A stretch of DNA of 63,977 nt, counting the filler, from Perkinsus olseni (lineage: Eukaryota), in the NCBI GenBank assembly GCA_013115125.1. It is 3 parts of 3 records of this genome, joined end to end, with 100 filler letters (N's around TTAATTAATTAA, not from the genome) between each part and the next. Parts side by side here need not be neighbours in the genome. Positions count along the whole stretch, not along the records: positions 1 to 23,724 come from JABANN010000517.1; 2 more parts are not named here. The stretch is one strand, 5' to 3'. The notes under the pieces are model-generated. The model worked only from the letters and a program-made list of their open reading frames with translations, did not search any database and had not been told where the DNA came from. The position numbers and the translations under genes were made by a program. Shown here piece after piece: positions 1 through 12,372 of this stretch (positions within the stretch are counted from its first letter, which is position 1; each line of letters begins with the position of its first letter).

Positions 1-359
1 TTACAGTTCCGTACTCGTCCAGGTGACAGTGCACGAGTCGAAAAACCGGATATGCTAAGAATTTGTGGAGGGGCGTACTTATATTGTATTCCCTTCAGAA
101 TGGTGTTATGATAAGGTACTTATTACTATTAGATGCCCTAGCCAATACAGATGACTACTAACCCTATAATAATAGGCCTATGGGCCACTCGACTCTGTTC
201 GCAACGGAGATCAATTTCTGCTGCAAAGCCGATGAGCTCAGGATGATCATACATGGCGAATGAACTAATGCAACCCATCAGTCTGTATGAGTATCAGAGA
301 TCGGTCACCATCAAGCTATGATGCCGAGTTAGACACCAACGGTTACCCAACCTCGCCCT

Positions 360-3119
360 ATCACCTGTATACTGACCAGGACCTCCGGCAACCGGCCCTG
401 GCTCTTCGACAACGGAGGGAGGAGGGCAAAAACCTAAACCAGCGAGACTAGCCCCCGCCCGACTGCTAGTCGCAGCCCTACATGATGCTTGGGCGCATCA
501 CTCATCAGAAGCAGGTCGTTCGGGGAGTTCTTGTAGTGGGAGCTCACGAAGAGGGACTGCATGTTCCTCAAGAATACTTCAGAGGCCTTGTGATACGAGA
601 AAAGTGTATCACGATTGACGAGGTATCTGAGGCGTCCGAATGGCGATAAGGGCGTTGACCGGAGATCGTCTACAGTTCGCATTGCTCAGGCATCGGCAGC
701 CCGTCCAGATTCCGTAGGGTCGGAGGTGATGTTGCATCCAAGCACAACAGGCGGCCCAGCCAGGCTTCAAGACCGTCTCCACTAGCGTACCGTATCTACC
801 CGGCCATCCCACACATCCCATAAGAGGCTGTTCTCCCCACCGGTGTTTCCAAACTGAGCTCAGTAAGGTGCTTGCCGTTCGGGTCGTTCCTAGAGCCCTT
901 CTGCTGCTTCCTCAGCTCCGCTATCAACTTCAGTGACAACGCACGGCCAGTGCCTGTATCAGCTCCGTTGAACCACGCCCTATCGTATTGGTATTACCCT
1001 CGTAGCCCTGCACGGTACTAGACATGAGCGTGATGTGCTGTCCTGTGCCGAAAAGGCCCTTGACCACTGGCAGCGGTATGGCTGCTGCCTCATCGATGAC
1101 CAACAGCTCCCCCTGGGATATGTACCTGGAGGACGATGATACTAGGGCGGGGCCTCCGCACGCAGAATGGGTAGAGTTGTCTCCTGTCTTCCGCATCATG
1201 CAGTGCGAACTTCTACTCCTTCTGTGGACTGCGATTTACGAAAGGTGCGGTATCGAACCCTCTATAATTAAGCCATGTTGTTGATAGTAATCCAACGAGG
1301 TTGCACTAGCACTCGTTGTGTAGTCGGATCGAACACTCTAGCACTCCAATGTGATGGTGATTGAGGCGATACTCCCTCAGAGGCTGTATTCACGTCTCTC
1401 TCTCTCCCATTCCCGCCCTACTTGCTATCTGCTGGGCTAACGTATTGAATAGTCTGCCGATGAGTCTTGTACACGTTGATGCGGACCAGAGGCTTATTCA
1501 CGCCACGATGACCACCTCCGCCAGTCTCCAGTCTGGCCCTGCTATCACTACCGTCCTCCTCTGACCCCGTCTGCTGCTGGACCTGATGTCAGACCAGTGG
1601 CCCTCCGACCACCACGACCACCATCCTACCAGACTGTAGTCCTGGTGCTCAGCGTAGCCGAGTGACTCGAACGTCTTCAAGACGAACTCGAATAGGGTCG
1701 TAAGATTCTCTGGCGACGGGGCCGTGACGAAGACGTTGGAGTACCTGCCCGGCAGTCCAGTACGGAGACAGAGAGAAAACTGCTACTACTACCCCTGTGT
1801 AATGGCTAAGGCTATGGCCATGCCAAGACTCGCACTTTTACCACGCCCACGAGCAGCGGTCAACGACACCACTTGACCCATATTCTGGGAGGTGATCACT
1901 TGACCGAACGACATAACCTGACCGCCATTAAATCCACGAGAGATGGATCCACCGATAGCAGTCAGCATTACCGCCTTGGCCTGGTCACACGTCTTGGCCA
2001 GTTTGACCACCTTGGAAAGAGTACTGTCAGGGTCTAGCTCCCCGACCAAGGCATCCCTCTCTGCTTCGTCATTGGCCGTCGCCAGCTCGGCCTGGTCGAC
2101 ATTCTCGGATGATGACTGAAGTCAGGCTGCTATCCCCCTTATCCAGCCAGGCCCGACTCCTACCGTCTCTGAGATTGACCCGAGGGTCGCCTGACTAACA
2201 GGGAGGACATTGAGCTCATCGTCAACAACCAAGCAGTTGCGGCAGTCCGCCAGACCTGCACCCGGTGAATGACCGTTAAGGACAGCCGCGTCTTATAGTA
2301 CTGAGAATGAACCTCTCGTTGAACCGCGGTTCCACAGTGTCATGATCTTCCCCTCGGAATTTGGAGTGGGCATCCATCACTGTACTGTACCTGACCGAAG
2401 AGAAGGTAAGAGGAGTTCACGGTGGTGTGGTACTATCCCCTACAGTTGCTTCAGACTGGACATAGTCCTCAACATGACCATCACTATACCACCACCGGAG
2501 ACCGTCTCCATTGTACCTAGCAGCAAGCAACACCCTACGCCTCAGCGATGAGATCAGCGAACTTACGACAGAGAAGGTTGGGAGTGAGGGCCTCGAAGTC
2601 CGAGAGAACGCACATGTCGTAGGTCTTGCCGAGAATCGACTCCGAATCACGATAGTAGCAGAACCTTATGTCGGTGCCTGATCAACACCCGTGCACCCTA
2701 CAGCCGAGTCTTTCCCGGAGAGGATGCTACTGGAGAGAAAGAGCTCGAAAGGGTCATCGGTGGCAGTGTCGTATTTTCCCTGTTTGATGGCCTTCTTGAT
2801 GTTTCGGCCGCGCTTCCTTCGATTTGAGGAGAATCCCAAATCCTTCTTGTAGCACCACAGTACCTTTACCAAAGCAGCTGAAGGCCTGCTACCGTCGCCC
2901 TAGTGAACTCACCGATGGCTTCTTGGTGGTGATCTTGGAGAGGAGATAGTGTAGGTTGGTGACCTGGTCCTTACCGTTGTCTCCAACCACCACGAACAGC
3001 GACCCTGATAGTGGACGAGCGATGGCCGATTACTACAGAGTGGGCCTCCCCTTACGTTGGTTGCGCAGGACGTTCTGCTCTACCATAATACGGACGCGAG
3101 AGTCGACCTTCTTTCTCAT
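360..3119 (-). CDS. NAT10: RNA cytidine acetyltransferase NAT10/Kre33, multi-exon, 5' part; the 3' part is unresolved and probably leaves the window
   Basis: ATG at 3119 gives MRKKVDSRVRIMVEQNVLRNQR. Later exons give VKVLWCYKKDLGFSSNRRKR, Walker A LTAARGRGKSASLG, ELLVIDEAAAIPLP, MSSTVQGYEG and FVSSHYKNSPNDLLLMSDAP, all typical of Kre33/NAT10. Confidence 0.93.
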
Positions 3120-3480
3120 GGTGGTAACAGCAGGAACGGAGAACTAGGGCCAGAAGTGGTGTAGCTACGCTCCCTCCATCACGCCAACGCTCCCCCGCCT
3201 GACCCCCTAAACGCTTGACTAATAATCTGGGAAATAATAAGCCGTCACAGAGTCTACATGAGAATTTGAAAAGTCGAACTCTGCAGCTGCTCAATGGCAG
3301 TCAATTTGGGTGAAACGTATGCTGAGAATTCTGCGGCTCGAAGATGGCCATTCTCATGATGAGACTCAACATAAGGTAGAAAAAATGTCACTGCCGAGGA
3401 TAGAACCTGGGCGGTATGAATGATAGCATAACAGTTTATCGCACTAGACTAACTGTATGAAAAGAACTGTGAATTCATTA

Positions 3481-3755
3481 TGTAACATCTGGCCAGAGTT
3501 GAAGGGCTATTCTCGAACGGCGCGCGCGTTATCGAGAAAACGGATCGCCTCTGCGGGCCAACGTACGAAGCCCGAAGAGAACTAACAAACTTTCTATCTA
3601 TTCCACGATCGAGTTTACTGAACGGGATCCGGGAATGTACTCCGAGAACTGCATAGTTCTGGAATGGGTTTTGCCCAAGTGTACCGAACAGCGCGTACGC
3701 ATTTTCGAAAATGCACAGGGAGTGTTCCCTCATGAAAGTTTCCTGTGGTTCCACA
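3481..3755 (-). repeat. Candidate 3' LTR (275 bp) of the minus-strand gypsy-like relic
   Basis: On the minus strand it begins TGTGGAAC and ends GATGTTACA. It is directly preceded by purine-rich GGGAGAGT (PPT-like) and lies downstream of an integrase GPY-like motif. No matching second LTR was found. Confidence 0.5.
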
Positions 3756-6700
3756 ACTCTCCCGGGGCCGTTCTCTACAGGAATAGCGTCACCTAGGGAG
3801 ACCTCTCGGAGAAGCGAGGGTGGCTGAGAGCTTCAGAAGTGGCTTGGTGGAAGGGGAAGCATCCTCGTATTTGGTATCAGGAGTTGATACATGTTTAATG
3901 ACAAGTATTGGAGTACCCCTGGCTGTACGAGAAGCCACTAAATCCGAGTAGACGCTCTAGGGCAGTTCAGAGATGACCTACGTAACATCATCAGTTACAA
4001 GCTGGCACGGCTCACAGTAGTGTACACGGCCACTATACGAGAGCACCTCACCAGTACCATCAACAACCTAAAACTCGGCCTCAAGGCTATTGACAACGGT
4101 AGAGCGTTTGATAGACCTCAATTCTCATCACTAGTGTCTCGCAGGGGTCGATCCAGTATGGCCCATGCCAGCCCGACAGGAGCGAAGGGCATGGAGGGTG
4201 ACTTACAACAAGGGTTGGTGTCTCCGTCTCTGAGGGCTCTCGAAATCCTTGCTTGCAGGTCCTCACCATCACGGTAAGTTCGCCGTGAAGCACTATGTCT
4301 TCCACGACTGGCGCTACAAGTTCACCTTCCACAACGTGGCTGATCCAAGGTAAGGCCGCTTCCACTGAAGACGCGCTTGAGGTCGTATCTTAGGCCTGTC
4401 ATCAGCACTGTGCTTGGATCCCTGTCCGGCGATGCTGCTGTTACTTGCGATTTTGCCTGGTATTTCCCAGGCACCGAGGTACGCAATAATGCTCTAACAC
4501 GGCCTCAGTATCCTTTTAGGAGTACCTTTCGGAGACGCGGAAGACCCAGGAGGCTCAGGAAGACACCAAGGAGCTTCTCTTCCAAGGTGGACCCTTCTGT
4601 CCGGTGCAAGCGCTCAAGGTTTTGATGCAGGTTACGAGCACTACTTGAAGGCTAATTATGTGGACATGGAGCACAGGAAGACTTGCAAGGCTGATGGGCG
4701 ATGGTCGAGTCTTCGGAGGGACACTGGCAGTGTTGCACGCGGTCTGTGATACAGCATGTTTCGATGGTTTCTGATGAAAGTCAACTGGTGATGATGCGTT
4801 GTGAAGTGGGCATGCTGTGGTATTCAAGTCGAGTGACTTCATAGTACTGGATGGAAGACATACTGATCGAGCGGCGTCGCCATCCCCATGGACGCTACTC
4901 CTCATCGTCATCCAACCCTGAGGGTCCACTCGGCGACCATCTCGCCCTAAGAAAGTCTCTAGGCCTCAGATACGGAGGCAAGAGTGACGGTTACAGAGGA
5001 GCCTGCTCCGTATTTACGCATGGCCGCCCACCATGGCCGCATGCCTGTTCAAGAGATCGTCTACCAGTACTGTTCGGCAGTCACACAGAATCAACGGGTT
5101 ACTCTAGGTATAACCCCTTGCCGCGAGAAGAGCGTTCGCCTCGGCCTACGCAGGAGCCCGAAGGGTAGGTCTGGAAGGGCTTACCAGATCTGCTGTGTAA
5201 TGGTCGGAGGGCAGGATTGATACCCCGGCACTTGTACGGCCGAGTCACTGTGATCCATCCCTTGGGGAGGGCTACTGCCTGTCTATGGCCACGCGGATTG
5301 AGGACGGTGAGCTCTCCTTATAGCGATCACGGGGGCCGTCCAGCGCAGATGGAAGCCGCGCTGGCTGCTCAGATGCCGCCGCGATCGACCAACGCATCGA
5401 GGCACTTCAAGCTGAGATTGAGAGGCTCTCTCGTCCGTCGCCGGTGGGCAACGAGGTGGGTCTCGCCTTCAGGGATACCGGAACTTCCCTTCAACAGAAT
5501 CCCAAGGGAGATGGCACAGATCATAGGTTGAAGGTGGGCCTTCGTCCTCCACAGAAGGTCTGAAAGTGCTGCCTCAGGGTATGACGACAGAGCTCTCTGC
5601 GTTGGGAGAACAATGGCAGCTCCAGAAACAGGGCGACGCGGCCTCAGCTGACGTCGAAGGTAGAAAATATCTGTGATGCGGTAAGATACCTCGGTAGGCC
5701 CCTCTGGCGACCGCAGCGGGCCATCGGCAGAAGCCAGCAAGCTTCAAGAGGCTGAGAGACAGGTGAGCACCTCAACCGTCACCCTGGCCGAGACCTGAGC
5801 TCAGGTCGAAGAGATGGAGGTCGTCCTAGGTCTCCGTCCACTGGACCCAGCCCGGCCAGGACGGGACCATATCGTCGGGTCTGCTGTAGCTGGGCACATA
5901 GATCTCCTGTACGATACCGCCTTGAGGCTCCTCCGACAGTCCTCATGTCTCGAGAAGCACTTCACCCTCGACAGCAGGTGGAGCGAGCGGGACAGCACGG
6001 TGATGAGCCCCTGTCCTATCCCCTAGTCAGAAAGCGCTCAGGCCTGTCCTGAAGTCCTGCACGCCGGCGGAGTGTTCGCTGAGGTCATCGATCGTCGGCT
6101 GCGCTCCACGAGCCTTGACACCTCTAGCCACACCGAGGAGGTCATCCCGCTCACCCCTGCCTACCCTTACTAGTCGGCATTCAGATACAACGCCTACAGG
6201 AGAAGTACGATGGTCTCGGAGCCGTACTTGATGGTCTAGTGGGAACGTGTGAGAGTCTTCAGGCCAGGGGTGTAGGCTGCTGAGGTGCCCCCACAGCGCA
6301 GTGGTCGCGATGTCTCCTCCATAGGAGTATTTACGGAATGTCCGCCGCTTCGTCGCAGACCTGCGAGCTTTGGAAGAGCGTTCTGGACGCCTGCAGAAGA
6401 TACTAAATTCTCTGCAGTGAGACCATCATTCCGCATGTTTTCTGCTTTAGCATTGTTGTTGTGTTCGGGTAGAGTTCGGGTACTTTAAGTTGTACACAAG
6501 TCGCGCACCATCCGGGCTAGCCAAGCCGTACTGTCGGCGTTGGACTTTAAACTCACACAAAGGTCTCGTGGCCCGAGGGTGCACCATTGGGATCACCCCA
6601 GCCATGTCACCGACGACTGTAACAACGCAACTCGTCACCTTCCACAGCGGCAAGTGAGACAGTGTGTAGCTTCATTACGACTGGCCCATGCGTGGAGGAG

Positions 6701-7900
6701 GGCTGCCACCACGCCTGAGAGGAGGTGAAGCCAATAAAGGTGGATGGCCGCGAGCCAACCTTGAGCTTGGCCACTGCTCCGGAGGTCTTTCGGACGGCGG
6801 GGCTCAAGACTGCGGCGGCCGCCGACTCCGATAGCTCTCCAGCTCCCCATGCATACTGGAGAGCTGCTGCACAATACGCGGTCTCCGATTCGGGCGACGG
6901 TAACCATCTTACCTGGCGATGGAGATGGGCTATGGACTCCTTCTGTTCTAGCAACTTCGGGGTTATCAGTGTCACCGGGCTGCCACCTGCGTGAACAACC
7001 CTCTGTCTGTAGCTAGTCCGTGCGGCTCACTCTGTTCAACAGGCTTGGCCCCCTTCGTGGACACTCGAACGGGCCTGCTAGCGATCCTGAGGGGCACTAC
7101 GGATACAGGCACAGTTCTCAAAGGCAGGGTAAGCAGTGCCCGGAGATCACCACGAGATTACCCCCGTGAGGAGACAGCTCGTTGTGTAGACCCGTGCGAA
7201 GGCTCCACGCGGGGCCCCGGAGGCGACAGGTTGAGATCTGCAACTGAACGCTTTGATATCCATCCCTCCAGCAGCCCCCACCCTGAGACAATTGTGCCCC
7301 CGCCGTCTTGTTTATCTCATTGACCTGCTCCTCGAGCTCCGCCAGACGTTGCAGCAGTGTTGGGCATTGAGGGCACTGAGGAACGACCATCAGTGGACTG
7401 TTGAGGGAAGACTTTCTCACCGAGGAGGCTGAGGTGCTCCTGATCATCTCAACTGCCCTGGATCTTCGCCCGAGCTCCTCTCTGAGATTCTCGACCTCGG
7501 TTTGGAGCTGGTGATTCTGCATCGAGCCATGGCAGCTCCATTCAGTCCTCTGGAGGCTCACTTCTCGTAAATGATGACTGAGCAGGCCGGCAGGTGAGGG
7601 TCGAGCGGGAGGAGTCCTCGCCGGTTCGTCAGTCCCCAGCGGCCGTGCTCCCGCTGGTGGCCATCGGTTCATCTGGCCTAGTATGATCGGGGTCCTCGCC
7701 CTTCTCGCTATTACCATCATGTCAGTCTTCATTTTCCGTTGCTTCCGACGAGCGTAGAACCAGGCTATGTGCAGCGCGGCCTTGGCACGGACGAGCTGCC
7801 GATGGTCCTCCAAGAACTGTTCGATGGTCCGTTGGTCTTCCTCCGCTGTATCACGCTGTTTGTACCTGACACCAGTCTCCACTATGCCCTGTCCTCTGCC
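3756..7900 (-). mobile_element. Heavily decayed Ty3/gypsy-like LTR retrotransposon (gag-pol remnants)
   Basis: In element order: coiled-coil/gag-like ORFs (7118-7882, 6607-6975), RT-like PQGMDHSDS (~5240-5266), LVDDLL (~5050-5067), then integrase C-terminal-like GWHGPYWI (~4150-4175). Many stops and frameshifts; no intron structure. Confidence 0.5.
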
Positions 7901-8265
7901 ACTTACAGCTCCGCCCGAAGGCGTCCCTCCTGCCGTAGCTGTTGCCGCAGCATGGCTATCTCCTCATCTCGAGCGGCTATTGTCGTCCTCAATTTAGACA
8001 CCATCGAAACTGCTGATAACGGTCATGGTGGGCGGCACGACACTACTACCCTCTCCGGCCTTGTCCGTCCCCCCAACTGCATCTGGTCGGCCGCCCTGCC
8101 GGAGCCCAATCGAATCTGAGTAGCACAGCGTATGCCAACTTCCACGATCACGACGGGAATCTTCAACTCGTCATCACCCCGGGCCTGGGAGTCAACATTG
8201 GCCGGGTTCGAGACCGGTCCTGGCGAGGACGTGGACGCTGCCATTGACCCGCCTGTCAAACGCAG

Positions 8266-9900
8266 ATGAGAAGCCGACAAAACTGCTACGCCTCCCTCTC
8301 ACCTCCACTAGCGTCTCTGTCAATATCCTCGCTGGGCGGCCGGAATGACGTCTGCGCCGGCAGGATCGGCACCGCTGGCCAGTTGCCCTTACTAGCCGGA
8401 GACGTTACCGATCGCGTTTCGACCCGCCTACCGCTCGGTCTGAGTAACCGCAGCGCTCCTTTCCGCCTGGAGAGGCTCATCTCACTTAAGGGTGGTATAA
8501 GCCTTGGACAGCCTCACTGTGTCGGGTTGCTGATCATCATCATCATCATCGTCTTCGACCTCCGCCCGCTGGTTGAGCTTCGGGGCCTCGATATGCCTGT
8601 TGAGATAGATGAGTGGTTGAGCAGTGGCAGGTGCTGGCCCGGACAGTGGCGCACCGTAGCGACTTCCTTGAGTCCACCAAGAGTTGGGCGTACGGCTCCT
8701 GGACGCTAGCGACTTCCTCGGACTCTGCCTCGGACCCACTGTGGCAGAGAGTCCCTCGGTGGAAGCGCCCGTCGAGTCCAGCCAGACCCACCTTGGCGAC
8801 TCCGACGATGATGGCGACGATGGTTCGTCCCACTGGAGGTGCTGCTGTTGTGGTAGTTGTGAATCGTCGCCGCCGCTGGGCTTCCCATCTCCCATTGGCG
8901 GTGTGGTCAGGGCCCTATAGAGCTACTCTCACTGATGATACTCCCCCTCTGTTGAACTGACCTCAAGGGTAAGGCTGGGACCGTCTGCATTGACGTCAGG
9001 GCAGCCATGGGAGAATCAGCCTCTCCAGTATCGCTCGTGCCATTATCGTCCAGAAACCTGCTGCTCGACCGTACCATCGGAGTGGCTGTACGGGCACACT
9101 TTTCGGGCAGTCGTATGCCGACATCGTCCCAGCTTGGCACTACGCTCCCCTCCTGCCTTGGCTGGCCAGTCTCCGCTGCTCCACTGACAGGCCCTACAAT
9201 AGAAGACCATAGCGAACTCTGTGGTCGCATCAAAGGTTTTTCATCTTGCTCGTTTAACAACGGTCACCGGCAGCAGTTATCGAGTCACGTCCATGCTACC
9301 TACCAGGCGCAGCATTGGGCCCCGCGAGGTGCTGTGACGGCCGAAGCACTGGAGCAGGCATGGTGGTGTAGTCGCCGGTGTTGGACGCTGAGAGGCACTC
9401 GTCTCCCTCCCGCCTTAGTGGCGAGCACTCACTGTGTGCGCTGCGTGCCACATCATCTCGAGTATCATCCATCAACTCTTGCAGCTGAGAGTCGACCTTC
9501 CCTGACCCTTGCGGGAATGAGCAGACGTTGCGGGCCTGCTCTAGGTCACAAAGCCCGGTCGTCATCCAGCAGCCCTTACGTGTACGGCTACAACCCCTCC
9601 ACCGGCGTCCCTATCGACGATCAGCACCTACAGAAGCCAAATAGCCGAGGTGCTGGGCGAACAAAGGAGCCGACTGAAGGCTCACAATGAGCCCAGCACT
9701 CACTCCAATGACGAACCAGTCCACATCGTTCTCGTCGAAGGGGACGTCTTCAACTGTCAGTAAAGGGTCCTCTTCGACACCTTCATAGCCCACATAATAG
9801 CTAACCAGCAACAGCACGCGGTGATGCTCATGGGGAGCCTGGAAGACTTCGAACTACTTCATCGACTTGGCCCCTTCCGACAACGCCCCTCCGTTGGGAG
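8266..9900 (+). mobile_element. Second decayed pol remnant in the opposite orientation (RT and integrase fragments)
   Basis: STRLPLGLSNRSAPF (~8420-8462) resembles RT RLPFGLxNAPxxF. ORF 9007-9690 has GWP...LCGRIK (zinc-binding-like), YHPSTLAAESR (cf. YHPQxNGxxER) and SPYVYGYNP. Confidence 0.4.
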
Positions 9901-10725
9901 TTCGGCACAGGACAGCAACATACCTATCCGAGGCGAAGATGAACGGTTTGGTGGGCCAGCGCTGACCACCTGACTTCAGGATGAAGCTTCTCTAGATGGA
10001 TCCGCAGGACAGCCAAGGCGCCTTCTCCGGCTAGGTCGACGCCCACCGCTCCATCGTGAATCGTCGACGAGGCCTGATGGATGCGCAGTTCATGCGCGCC
10101 CTTCATTCGCACCGGTTCATTGCCTCAGTGTTGTCCGTCTTCTCCAACAGATTAGTATTAGAGAACGATACGCTTTGTGCCTGGAGGCTCCCGTGAGCGC
10201 CGCGAGTGGCGTTTCTTCTCTGAGTCGTACGTTGATTGGCGGAGCGTCGCTCCTAGTCGCCCAATCAGATCGAACACCGTCGAAATGGATCTCCATGCGG
10301 AGGCACTGCGACCCAGCCGCCGGCTCGGGCCTGGCAAGCTCCATTGAGGAGGACAACACAGCTCAGGGTCGCCGTGCATCGCTATCCTCTCCCTTCTTCT
10401 CCACAAGTGACTAACGCAATGCCGATGTATGATGATAACGTCTACGGCTACAGAAAAACGTATCCTGGCCACTGACGGCTAGGCTGAGTAGTTGAACTAC
10501 TCAGAACTACTGTAGTTCTACTACGCTACTAGATGATATGACGATTAGAGTTGATCTGTGGGAGCGACGATATTCAATGAACCTTGGAAGCTTACGGAGC
10601 TGCTCACCACTATGGCAACGTAAAGAGACGAATTAAAATACTAACCGCCATTGAGGCGGCCACCTTAGTACGTGTAATGTTCATGGTCGATCAGAGGACA
10701 CAAAATTGTGAGAGACAGAGCACAG

Positions 10726-12156
10726 CTAGGAGACAGAGCTTTGAGACTGAGGCCTATCGTCACTGGCCGTTGTAGGAGTGTCGCAAACCGAGCCAGATCT
10801 TCGTCTGAGCCCGACGCCAGTGGTGTCATCGAGCTTCAGCCAGGAGGCCGGAGCTGCACCACTCACGAAGAAGGTCGGTACCAGTGCTACGGAGATCAGT
10901 ATCCAGCAGACCAAAAACTGTGCCCTGTAGGATATGCCGAACGCTTCGAGATCGAGTACCCAGCCCAGAGTGGCACCAAGGGACTGCATGCCCTTATAGA
11001 AGCCCGAGTATCGTGCTGCTAGTGTTGCATCACCACTGCCGAGTATACCGAGAAGCCAGTAGCTGTAGACTTGCACGCACGTCGCCATAATGCCGTAGCC
11101 GATGATGGTGAGACAAGGCAACCAGTAATCACCATTGGTGACGTCAATGAGGTCGCGGTTGTCATCGTCATCCCTACGGTAGCCCCCTCGATGAAAGTAT
11201 TGTACATAGCCACCCAGTAAGAAGCTCAGTGTGGTAGCAATCGTAGTGCACCAGAAGCCGTTGCGGGACCTAGACCGCACCTTCAGTCTGGAAGCGTCGA
11301 GGACCAGGCCGAGGAGCCAGGCACCGACAATCTGGGAGAGCCAGAAAATTGCGCTGTTGAGACCCCTGGTCCGAACGGTAAAGAGAACACCGTTAAATGC
11401 ATTGAAAATATACGTGTAAAAGTAATTGCTCGAGAAGAAAAGTAACGATAGCAACAACATGTTCTTATCGACGCTGACCGAAAGGGCGCCGAGGAACTCC
11501 TTCGCAGGACTGAGGCAGGGCTGTACGGTGACTGGGAGGCCGTCTTCCCGTACGACTTTCTCGGGAGACACCAACCCTAAGAAGGCGACTATGGCTCCGA
11601 ACAGCATGATGCCAACAAAGGAGAAATAGGAGGCAGCGTTAGCGCTCGTGGGTTCATCTTCAGAAGAGTCAAAGTTGAGCGCGAAGGCTAGGAGGCCACC
11701 GATGACGCCGCCGAGATTGAAGATGATCCAGAACACCGAAATGTAGAGGCCCTTCCGGTCCTGTGGAGCATAGGCCAGCATGAGCGCTCCCTGGGCCGTC
11801 CACAGCCAGCCGGCGCCAACACCAAGTACCACACCCGAGAGTATGAAGAGCCATTGGAGGGCGTCGTCTTGACCAGCCAGGTAGGCCGCCAGAGCGTAGA
11901 AGGCAAAGGTCATGCAACCGACAGACATCAGCACACGAGGCCCCAGTAGGTTAAAGAAGGCTCCGCCGAGGTATCCAGTGATGGCAAAGGTGAGATAGAG
12001 GCTCGCATTAGCAGCGTTGTTGGCGGAGGGGTCCGCGTTGCCCGCCCCACCGAGGCCTTGTAAGGCGTTAAAGAAGCCCACAGAACAGAATGTGATGACA
12101 CCAGTTAGTATAACTTGGCAGAATCCGCTGTAGATTACGGATGGGTTGCAGCACAT
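10726..12156 (-). CDS. UNC-93-like major facilitator superfamily transporter, intronless
   Basis: Long ORF with about 11-12 hydrophobic segments and motifs GFFNALQGLGGAG, GAGWLWTAQG, WIIFNLGGVIGG, FFSSNYFYTY, TVRTRGLN, ARYSGFYKGMQSLG. First ATG is at 12156; the track start at 12267 is GTG. Confidence 0.9.
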   Translation of the reverse strand: MCCNPSVIYSGFCQVILTGVITFCSVGFFNALQGLGGAGNADPSANNAANASLYLTFAITGYLGGAFFNLLGPRVLMSVGCMTFAFYALAAYLAGQDDALQWLFILSGVVLGVGAGWLWTAQGALMLAYAPQDRKGLYISVFWIIFNLGGVIGGLLAFALNFDSSEDEPTSANAASYFSFVGIMLFGAIVAFLGLVSPEKVVREDGLPVTVQPCLSPAKEFLGALSVSVDKNMLLLSLLFFSSNYFYTYIFNAFNGVLFTVRTRGLNSAIFWLSQIVGAWLLGLVLDASRLKVRSRSRNGFWCTTIATTLSFLLGGYVQYFHRGGYRRDDDDNRDLIDVTNGDYWLPCLTIIGYGIMATCVQVYSYWLLGILGSGDATLAARYSGFYKGMQSLGATLGWVLDLEAFGISYRAQFLVCWILISVALVPTFFVSGAAPASWLKLDDTTGVGLRRRSGSVCDTPTTASDDRPQSQSSVS

Positions 12157-12372
12157 TTCAGAGCAACCAAATTTTTCAGCCGCTGCATGACCGAAGTTAT
12201 ACGACAGAGGCCTCCGAAACGACAGGTTCTCCCACAGAGCAGCGAACGGCGTCCTCAGCACGACCACTCATTCCCGCGCGCTCTTTCGAAAGACCTATTG
12301 TGACAAATCCAACTCAAGGCAACTCTCATCAAGTGAACAGTGGTGTTTAAGGAAAATGTCGCAGTTGATCTC

